Shown here: positions 54,953 to 64,000 of the stretch, one piece after another
Layout: every line of letters begins with the position of its first letter
Numbering within the stretch: the stretch's first letter is position 1
Source of the DNA: Eledone cirrhosa
Lineage: Eukaryota
DNA length: 64,000 nt
NCBI GenBank assembly: GCA_964016885.1
Contig: OZ024746.1
Coordinates: 68,076,001 to 68,140,000 of the forward strand
Reading direction: 5' to 3'
The notes under the pieces: model-generated
What the model was told of the DNA's origin: nothing
What the model saw: the letters and a program-made list of their open reading frames with translations, nothing else
The model's database searches: none
Made by a program: the position numbers and the translations under genes

Positions 54953-55008
54953 ATTCTTTGCTTAAACTTTAATCTGTTATTTTAATAAATATATATATAT
55001 ATATATAT

Positions 55009-55350
55009 GAATAATTTGGCAACTCGAATGCAAGGAATAACTGTTAAACAACCAAATTCTGTCAATGATAACAGCATGTAACTCAGAATAAAAAATACTT
55101 CTGGGTTATAGGTAGATGAAATGTTGAGATGATTGAGAGATGAGTGTTTTGGCACGTAGAAATGATAAGTAAAGAAGAAAGAAAGCCAAATGGAGATTAA
55201 GGTTACAATAAGAGACGAGATGAAAGTTATAAACAATATAAAAACCACAGAAACTGTTTTAACAGCTACTCCCTTCATTCGAGTTTGCAAATTATTCCTA
55301 AGTATTTCAAATACACTCAGGCTTCATCTCAACTTTAGAGGCAACAATAT
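55009..55350 (+). mobile_element. fold-back element with tail between (TA)n tracts (diverged arms)
   Basis: 55009-55062 is a degenerate reverse complement of 55247-55297; ~50-nt tail. Confidence 0.6.
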
Positions 55351-55426
55351 TTATATATATATATGCACATACACACATATATATATATATATCTCTCCAC
55401 ATATACATATATATATATATATATAT

Positions 55427-56120
55427 ATTGTTATACTTTGGGAGGGTCATGTTGCCAATAAGAAACACACACACCAGTTGCTTTCACTTCAATTTATTAT
55501 AAATTTTATAAATATAAATTTTATAAATTTTCGGTTGGTTGGTTGGTTCCACAACCGGATGGTTGCTTATATATTGTCAAACCACAGAGGCAATAAACAT
55601 AAATGAACTCCAACCAATAGAAAATAGAAAACATGAATGGAATAGCAACATCACAACTTATAATTAAGGATAAAATGAAAACACACACACATAGAACAAA
55701 CAACTAACTAGTAACATATAAATAAACAAATAAAAACACACACAGACACCCAGATGTGACACATGAGCAAACTAAGCACACAACACACACAAAAACAAGA
55801 TGACGTAGGCGTAGGACAAAACAAAGGAGAGGTACAAAACAAAGAAAAGAATCCCTAGTCATTGAAGAGGTCACAGAATGTGTGACGAAAGAACTTTGAC
55901 AATATATAAACAACCATCCGGTTGTGGAATCAACCAACCAACGAACCAGAAATTTATAAAATTTATATTTATAAAATTTATAAAATTTATTATAAATTGA
56001 AGTGAAAGCAACTGGTGTGTGTGTTTCTTATTGGCAACATGACCCTCCCAAAGCATAACAATATTGGTTTCAACACACGTTTTCAGATAAAGAATCTTGC
56101 TAAACAAATTCACAAACGAA
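55427..56120 (+). mobile_element. fold-back element with hammerhead and tail between (TA)n tracts
   Basis: Arms 55427-55581 / 55895-56062, an A-rich 313-nt spacer and a 58-nt tail. Confidence 0.85.
55858..55900 (+). ncRNA. minimal type I hammerhead (C3>U variant or decay)
   Basis: GTCA TTGAAGA G GTCACA-GAATG-TGTGAC GAAA GAAC TT TGAC. Confidence 0.6.
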
Positions 56121-56204
56121 ATATATATATATATCCACATATACATATATATATAAATCCACATATATATATATATCCACATATACATATATATATATCC
56201 ACAT

Positions 56205-56266
<62 letters not shown>

Positions 56267-56270
<4 letters not shown>

Positions 56271-56538
56271 GTAATCTGAGTTTTTCGAATATTAATAATA
56301 ACATTCGATTCGTTTATCAGTAGAGGGTCGGACGCCATGCTTTCCAGCATAGTTACGTCCCTTTACGATCTAAGTTCAAATTCCGGCGATGTTGACTTTG
56401 CCTTTCATCCTTACGGCGTCGATAAATTAAAGTACCAGTAATGCACTGGGTAATTGCTGGCCCTGTGCCTAAAGTAGAAATAATTATTAACATTCGAAAA
56501 ACTCAGATTACATTTATTGTATTCAGGCATGTAGAGCG

Positions 56539-56542
<4 letters not shown>
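56267..56542 (+). mobile_element. short fold-back element interrupted by a group A SINE (~56310-56482)
   Basis: Arms 56267-56299 / 56483-56515; the SINE is flanked by the duplication TAACATTCGA; 27-nt tail, then (TA)n. Confidence 0.7.
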
Positions 56543-56577
<35 letters not shown>

Positions 56578-56629
56578 ACATATACATACATATATGTACA
56601 TATATAATGGTATCTTATAAACTCATATT

Positions 56630-56700
56630 AGCACCTGAAGAAAGGTCACTATTTTGATGCCTCTTGTTATCTCAAGGAACTTGAAACCTTGGGTAGCACT
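56630..56700 (+). ncRNA. type I hammerhead in a ~190-bp element (56607-56800) between TA/CA tracts
   Basis: AGCAC CTGAAGA AAGGTC...GAACTT GAAA CC-TTG-GG TA GCACT. Stem I pairs only if both GCAC derive from GCGC by CpG decay. Confidence 0.55.
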
Positions 56701-56824
56701 TTTGTTCCATGTATGAACATAACTAAATAATATATTTCTGCTCTCACAACTGACTGAGCACTTTTTTTTCCTTTTTCCTCTTCACATCTACAGATATTGC
56801 TACATACACATACATATATATATG

Positions 56825-57196
56825 TGTAGCGAAATCTGTTCACACCTCGAGCCCTGGGTGACACTTAAAAGTCAAATTCTAGGTTACCACCCTTTTGCCG
56901 CAAACAAGTTGATGCGTGGGCGATCTCTCGAGGCAGGGGACAGAGGAAGCGAGAGATATAAATAGCCTGTACCAGGAGAGAGAATTTTCAATCACCACGA
57001 GGATTACTACCTGACTGCAACAACCAACAAACATTGACTGGCCACTTGCTGTTTCACATCAACAACAAAAAACATTGTCAACCTTTGTGACTCGTGGTAA
57101 CCTATTTGTTGTTCTTTTTAACTGAAGTGAAGTAAATTTTATATCAAAAGTAAATCAGCTATTTGTGTCTAACAATAACTACTAACTTTGTTTTGC

Positions 57197-57200
<4 letters not shown>
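56825..57200 (+). mobile_element. solo LTR (376 bp) in (TA)n
   Basis: TG...CA ends with an imperfect inverted repeat TGTAGCGAAA / TTTTGCTTCA, internal TATAAATA, and AGTAAA poly(A)-like signals. Confidence 0.7.
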
Positions 57201-57248
<48 letters not shown>

Positions 57249-57844
57249 ATGAGCTTCCACACAGTTTCTGTCAAACAAATTTCCTTCAAAATGTATCGGT
57301 CAGCTGAAGGTATAACAGAAGTGCAATGCCAGGGAATGAAATCTGAAACCACTTAGTTGGAAAGCATATTTTTAACCACATGGTTATGCTTTCATCTGTA
57401 TAATTTATTTTTAAATAGTGTTATACTATATTTTCTTTTTCCTTCCTGATGCTCTTCAAAACTACCAACAGTTCCTGTCTACCATCTTTCAAACCTTCTC
57501 TATGTGTCCCAACCTCATCTCTTTCAAAGATACTAAAAACAAGCTAAAAATAGTATTTTTTCTCCCCAGACTAATAAATGAAAATAAAGTTAACATATTG
57601 ATCTACACACAAGAATATCAGTTTGATTAAAAGAAACTAGTATTTGTAACTGGATTTGTGCTTACGTCAACATCCAGCCATAGCCATGGCATATATTTTG
57701 TTGTATTTTAATATAAAATATTTTTTCTCTTTCTCAAACATCTATTTTTATTCTACTTCTCGGTTTTTCTTATCCACCTCTTCTCTCTCTGTCAAAATCT
57801 TCATAAACAATTTAATTTGTCAAGCATATTTTTCATAATAAATC

Positions 57845-58165
57845 GATCTAAATCTGGAGCTGGTGCAGCAATACACCAGCTTCAGTATTTGGTAATCAGA
57901 AGAATGAAGGTAGGTGTAAAAGCCAAACTCGCTATCTTCAATTCTGTATTTGTGCCTACCCATACCTGCATTCATATGAATCTTGGGTAATGACCAGAAG
58001 ATTACAATCACAAATACAAGTAGCCAAAATGGGGTTCATCAGAAGGGTATTTGATGTAATGTTACTCAATAAGATGTGTAGCTCGGAGATCAAAGAGCCA
58101 CAACAGGTAGAATTGCTACTTCTCCAGATCAAAAGCTCACAACTCTGGTACTACAAACATGTGGG
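57845..58165 (+). mobile_element. Rex3/Expander-like RTE fragment, decayed
   Basis: KAKLAIFNSVFVPT..MTRRLQSQIQVAKMGFIRRV..VELLLLQIKSSQLWYYKHV. Confidence 0.7.
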
Positions 58166-58170
58166 ATTGT

Positions 58171-58201
<31 letters not shown>

Positions 58202-58476
58202 GTTGCTTCTGTTACTACTATTGCTGCTGCTATAGAAGTTGGGTTACTATGAGAATATCTTAACTGCCATAATCTGTATGCCACCACCATCATCACAACT
58301 GTTCTCCAAAAAGTATAACTCTTAATTAGGATGGGCACTGACTGTTGCACAGTTTGAACTGTTGAATTATATAATAGGGTAATGTACAACACACAGGGCA
58401 TGCAGTTCTTTAACCATTATATATTACTTATAGCACTAAGTATGTGTATGTATGCATGTATGTATGTATATGTATG

Positions 58477-58508
<32 letters not shown>

Positions 58509-58512
58509 TGTT

Positions 58513-58586
<74 letters not shown>

Positions 58587-59079
58587 TGCTAGTGTAAGAG
58601 GAAGTCTGTTTGAGTGAAGTGGGTGGTGGTAGAAAGAAAGAGTGAAAGAGTGACTGAAAATGAGAGGAATAGAGAGAGAGAGAGAGATAGAAAGAAGGTA
58701 GCTGAGAGAAGCAGAGAATGGGAGAAAGAAAGAGAAATAGGGACTGACAGTGAGAGAGGGAGGGGAAGAGAGAGACTGAGAGAGGGAGAGAGACGAAGAG
58801 AGAGAGATAGAGAATGATTGTAGTGTTTCTAAAGCTATATGTTGTATAATTTCTCTTCATTATTATTGACAAATGAGATAAACGTCAGGTTTCATTAAAC
58901 CCTCTCTATTTTTAACTTGTTATTCAATAACATGATAAAAATTCAACTTGCTATCTTTTTAACTTAGAAAATGTCTGCTAATAATACATTACATAAATAT
59001 TACACCAACTTCAGTTAGGAGAAAAAAGCAAAAAGAAAAATATTACCAGCATCACTTAACAACACCTTGTATATTATTA

Positions 59080-59380
59080 TTAACTTTGCCTTTCATCCTT
59101 ACAGGGTCAATAAAATAAAGTACCAGTAATACACTGGATCATTGCTGGCCTTGTGCCAAAAGTAGAAACAATTATTATTACTCGTTGATTGGCAGTATCG
59201 GTAGAGGGTCAGACGCCATGCTTTGCAGCATAGAGTTACGCCCCTTTACGTTCTGCGTTCAAATCCCGCCGAGGTTAGCTTTGCCTTTCATCCTTACGGG
59301 GGTCGATAAAATAAAGTACCAGTAATGCACTGAGGTAATTGTTGGCCTTGTGCCAAAAGTAGAAACAATTATTATTATTA
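59080..59380 (+). mobile_element. two tandem SINE group A copies (partial and near full)
   Basis: Same body and (ATT)n tails. Confidence 0.85.
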
Positions 59381-59382
59381 TT

Positions 59383-59995
59383 CATTTTACATCCGTTGTT
59401 CTGTGCTTGCATGGGTTGGATGGATCCTTCTCAGTACACCATCTCTCCACTTTTGACATTCCATTGTCAGCTCCTCCGTGAGCTTTAGTGATCTGAGATC
59501 AGCTCTCATCACTTCCATCCAGGTTTTCCTTGGTCTTCCTCTTTTCTGGCTTCCTTCCACTGAGATTACTTGGCAACTCTTTACCCAGTGATCATCATCC
59601 ATGTGCATCACATGTCCATACCAACACAGTCTCCTCTCCAGCACACTACTTTTGATTCCTCTAATACCCAGTTTCTCCTTCAGTTCATCCATACTTTGTT
59701 GTTCTCTCACATTAATATTGTACATCCATCAAAGCATGCTTGCCTCATTTCTCTCCAGCTTCTGATTGTCCTCTGTGTTCACTGCTCAGGTTTCACTAAC
59801 ATTCAGCATAGAACTTCACACACAATCATCATGCAGTTGATCCTTCATTTATAAAGAGAAACCTTTTGTTATTAGCAAGGGTAGCTGTTCCCTCAACTTC
59901 TTCCATCCTATCCTTATTCTAGCTACTATGCTCTCTGAGCAGCCTCCTCCATTGCTAATTACATCACCTAGATAGCAGAAACTATCAATCACATC
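59383..59995 (-). mobile_element. older RTE family 1-like fragment
   Basis: ERRLCWYGHV..GRPRKTWMEVMRADLRSLKL..PTHAS. Confidence 0.85.
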
Positions 59996-60047
59996 AAAGT
60001 TAACCATGGCAGGATTTAAACTCAGAATGTAGACATCGGGGTCAGAC

Positions 60048-61265
60048 AGTTACATAACGGTGCTGGGAATGTTTCATTGCGTAACGGTGTGTATACCAAC
60101 GGGCTTTAAATGTATTCCCAGTTGCTCCTATATAATACCATTTCTGGTTGTCTGATTCCACTGTGCATTGGTAAACCAGGTTAGACTACACACATTCATT
60201 ATTAAATGGTATTACATCGGAGCGACTGGGAATACATTTAAAGCCCGTTGGTATACACACCGTTACGCAATGAAACATTCCCAGCACCGTTATGTAACTA
60301 CCCTTGCAAACAAGACCTGGCAACTGAGGGAAAGTAACCATCAATACACCCTGAAGTGGAAAAAATTATCGAACGCGCCCCCATATCGGAGTGGTATGAG
60401 AAGCTGTCGATTATGCGACCTTGAGCTGTTCCACATCTTGAGTTCGAAGAATAAATTACTCAACAATAAAATCGAGAGATCAATTTATTGTAACCATAGA
60501 CTCAAAGAGAAGTTTTCGCACTACAAATCGAACCCTTAACCTCTTACTACCAACTGACAAACTGCATATACTTAGACTTTATACCCTCTTGTTGTATCTA
60601 AACCCTTTAATTACCCACAAAACCAATACATATATCCCCCTCTTCTCCCTCATTCCTCTTCTATTTCTTCGTTTTCTTCCTTCCTTCCCCCTTCTTGGCT
60701 ATCTTTTCTTTTCTTCTTTCTCACCCCCTTCTTTGCTTTTATTTTTGTCATTATTATCTTTATCTTTATTTTTTTATATATATATATATATATATATTTA
60801 TCTCTTTATATCTCCCCCCCCCTCTCTCTCCCTCTCTATCCATCCCTCCCACTATGATCAATTTAATTCTCTTTAACTCACTACATTCCACAACATGAAG
60901 TCTGCTATCAAAACTGACCAAAGAATCCTTCCACCTCTACCCCTCCCTCCATCTCAGTTTGTCACTCTACTTCCTACCTCTTCGCCCTTCCTCTCTCTCT
61001 ATACTATTCCGCCTGTCCCCTCACCTCCTGATTCCTCTCTCTCTATACTAGTAAATACAATTCCAAATAAATGTTTTTCTCTATATATTAAGAATTATTT
61101 CAAGAGTAACTTACTCACTATTTTGAAAATTTGGACTGTGAACAACAATTATAATTGAGTGGCTGCTATTTGCAGTATAGCAATATAAGGTTGCACTTAC
61201 CAATGAAACAGTCGTAAATACCTGGATAAAATCCTTCTCTTAATGCTTACCTGTGTTTTCTCTTT
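60048..61265 (+). mobile_element. Penelope-like element, 5'-truncated with inverted 5' segment
   Basis: GIY-YIG C-terminus, pyrimidine-rich 3' region, degenerate hammerhead-like GAAACAGTCGTA at ~61205, ending in (TA)n; 60048-60203 is inverted. Confidence 0.85.
60204..60539 (+). pseudogene. GIY-YIG endonuclease C-terminal part of a Penelope-like ORF
   Basis: YYIGATGNTFKARWYTH..TTLA..W.L....LKW..Y....CRLC..E..I..LLN..E....CNH. The upstream NLVYQC motif is on the inverted arm. Confidence 0.85.
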
Positions 61266-61734
61266 TATATATATATATATGTTTAATTAGATTGAGCTAT
61301 ACCTTTTACTGTCATTTCTATAATACGAAGAGGGTGTTTAACTCCAACACGCTCCAGTATTTTAACCCTTATATATATATATATAACAGGCTTCTGCACA
61401 GTTTCCATCTACCGAATTCACTCATAAAACATTGGTTAACATGACCTAGGTGTCAAACTTTTTAACTACACAACTATACTTGTCAAAAGGAAAAAAAGAA
61501 AAATATATTTTACTTACTTAATATAATAGGGTTTATCATTTTTGTCAAGGGCTTCTTCCCAACCATATGGTAGGCCATTCTTTGGGTACCAGTTGTCTCG
61601 TGGTGGTATCCAAGAGGTAACTTGACTGAGATGGCTAGAAATAGAAATATATAGAAATCAATTAGACTGATAAAGACTGTTGAAAACAGTAATAAGCAAC
61701 AGTAGTAACAGTAACAACAACATATAATAATAAT

Positions 61735-61830
61735 GAAAATTACTGTGTACAATGCTCAGGTGCACTACAACTCATCGAAGGTGCATATTTATTACATAGA
61801 ATAATGTACAAATGTGAGGAAAGTGAACAG
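61735..61830 (-). mobile_element. CR1-group 3'UTR fragment
   Basis: Matches 39085-39180. Confidence 0.7.
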
Positions 61831-61831
61831 C

Positions 61832-62535
61832 GTATACGTACATACATATATGTATACAGACGTACAGTAGTATGTATATATAAATACATACATGCACACA
61901 TATATATATGCACGTATCGGTTTACCGAACATTTATTATAATGCTCGGTTTGTTTGTTTGTAAACATATATATACATACTACTGTACGTCTGTATACATA
62001 TGTATGTACGTATACATACATACTTACATTTAAGTAACTGCCGTACTAAGAGTGAGAAATGAAATTTTGTTTCATTCTATTCCATTTATCATTTTCGGTG
62101 TGCCCGGCCGACTGAACTCACTCGATATGCAAATTAGGCTGCTCAGCCGTTAATATGCATAAGGAAAGTATATACTTTCAGACGTTCAACCATCTGGCAG
62201 GAAGGTATACAATGCTGACGATAGCTAATAAGCTTGGAACTAGTACATCGTTCCTGTGTCAGTGTTGAACAAAAAGGTGACGTGGTTACCTAAACACTGT
62301 ACGGCGTAATTCGGGCCGTTTGTTTGTTTACAAACAAACAAACCGAGCATTATAATAAATGTTCGGTAAACCGATATGTGCATATATATATGTGTGCATG
62401 TATGTATATATATACATACTACTGTACGTCTGTATACATATATGTATGTACGTATACATACATACACACTTACATTTAAGTAAGTGCCGTACTAAGAGTG
62501 AGAAATGAAATTTCGTTTCATTCTATTCCATTTAT
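61832..62535 (+). mobile_element. 440-bp partial-tandem non-coding element with hammerhead and 5' inverted arm (retrozyme/non-autonomous Penelope-like)
   Basis: Direct repeat 61967-62089 / ~62407-62535 (period 440); inverted arm 61832-61966 vs 62325-62457; ends in (TA)n. Confidence 0.8.
62210..62250 (+). ncRNA. minimal type I hammerhead (A13>G lesion)
   Basis: CAATG CTGACGA TAGCT-AATA-AGCTT GGAA CTAG TA CATCG; palindromic stem III ACTAGT. Confidence 0.65.
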
Positions 62536-62726
62536 ATATATATATATACTTGTGTATAATGGTAGCTATGGTGCTTCCATAGGTGGTATGCCAAAATTAA
62601 CACTCAATATTCATACAGAGTAGAGTGTTCCAGATGCATCACTGATTTTATACTATATATATATATATATATATAAAATATTAAACAAATAATGAATAAA
62701 CAATTCCTTATATTAAACAAAAAAAG

Positions 62727-62881
62727 TTCATTATTTAACGATCGTTTCTAGGGTATATATGTGTTATAATTGGTATGCATATTCAACAGATCTATGTACA
62801 AAATTATACAAAATTATACAAATTATCAAGATTAAATATACATACCTAACACATATATACGCCGTCTTCAGAAATAATGAA
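62727..62881 (-). ncRNA. type I hammerhead with ~115-nt extended stem II
   Basis: Minus strand: TTCATTATTT CTGAAGA ..GTATATATGTGTTA...TAACACATATATAC.. GAAA CGATCG TT AAATAATGAA. Stem I is a perfect 10 bp; the tail runs into (TA)n at ~62675. Confidence 0.8.
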
Positions 62882-63469
62882 GTATATTTATTGATAATAA
62901 CAACAATTCAAAATATCAGTTCAAAATTGACCAATGAAAACACAAAGGGTTAAAAGCAGTTCGGTGTGTGTATATACATGTAAAATCCTTACACATATTT
63001 TACAATAATGTGTGTATAATTTGTATGCGCATACTAAAAAGATGGATGCAAACACAAAATTTCAAGGTTAATATCTCTGTAAGCTTAATGCGCTGATAAG
63101 ATGCGCATTGATACTTATGGAGTCAAGCATATAAATATATTTTTTCATACTCACACATATCAGTATAATCACACATACATGCGCGTATATGCATAAATAT
63201 ACACACAACCACGAACACACAAACACACACACTCCCCCACTCACATTTATATATGTGGATATAAAATCATAAGCACATAGAAATTAAGTCACTCACATAA
63301 AACACTGGCACACACATTTCAAGATCAAGATACAGAAATTAGGTGGGAGGGGGGGGAGGGGTCAGTATTCAATTGTCTGAGCAGACTGCCTAATATAAAT
63401 GTATCTATAAATTAAGAAAAATAAAAAAAATAAAAAAATAAAAACAATAAAATATAATAAATATAATAT

Positions 63470-63713
63470 AATGTACATACACATACAGATATATATACAC
63501 ACATACATACATGTACGCGCACATAGAGATATTTACGCATACACACATACACACATACATATACAGTCATACACACACATACACTTACACGAACATACAC
63601 ATACACATATAAAAAGATATATATATATACACACACACACGCGCAACACATACACACATACACATATATATAAAAAATAGATAATAAAGATATATATCCA
63701 TATATATATATAT

Positions 63714-63768
<55 letters not shown>

Positions 63769-63857
63769 TATACATATACATACACATACATCTAAATATA
63801 CATACACATACATACACACATACATGTACATACATGTACATACATATACGCACATCG

Positions 63858-63907
<50 letters not shown>

Positions 63908-63969
63908 TCACATAGACATAAAGATACATACACACACAACTTACATACACACGTATACATATATATATA
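63470..63969. repeat. compound (TA)/(CA) microsatellite
   Basis: Direct reading. Confidence 0.9.
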
Positions 63970-64000
63970 TGGTGGCTGCCAACTCGTTTTCGAGTACGGC

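Noticed and set aside
63975-64000. Minus-strand GAAAACGAGTTG as a hammerhead half
   Set aside because: G at the cleavage position, and the sequence is better explained as a repeat shared with ~15590.

Overview
AT-rich, microsatellite-laden eukaryotic non-genic DNA. The repeat repertoire resembles an octopod cephalopod genome; this is an inference from repeat types only. I find no host protein-coding gene, tRNA, rRNA or CRISPR array, and most ORF-track entries are (TA)n/(CA)n/(GA)n artefacts or antisense shadows of LINE ORFs. Recognisable content: 5'-truncated RTE-clade LINEs from at least 4 families (three carry a C4HC3 PHD-like finger after the YADD motif), Rex3/Expander-, CR1- and R4/Dong-like relics, two tRNA-headed SINE groups, Tc1/mariner, pogo and hAT MITEs, a solo LTR, a 17-bp palindromic minisatellite and a Penelope-like GIY-YIG fragment. 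The most notable signal, absent from the ORF track, is a set of short non-coding elements sitting mostly in (TA)n tracts. They carry type I hammerhead ribozyme folds (7 with both core halves, plus several half or degenerate ones) and/or an asymmetric 'inverted arm - spacer - arm - tail' architecture. In one element the inverted arm starts within 2 nt of the predicted cleavage site. One element is a 440-bp partial tandem resembling a retrozyme. In the Penelope copy the two inverted arms differ only at three synonymous sites, hinting that head-to-head insertions come from two separate RNAs. All structures were paired by eye and most show decay mutations.
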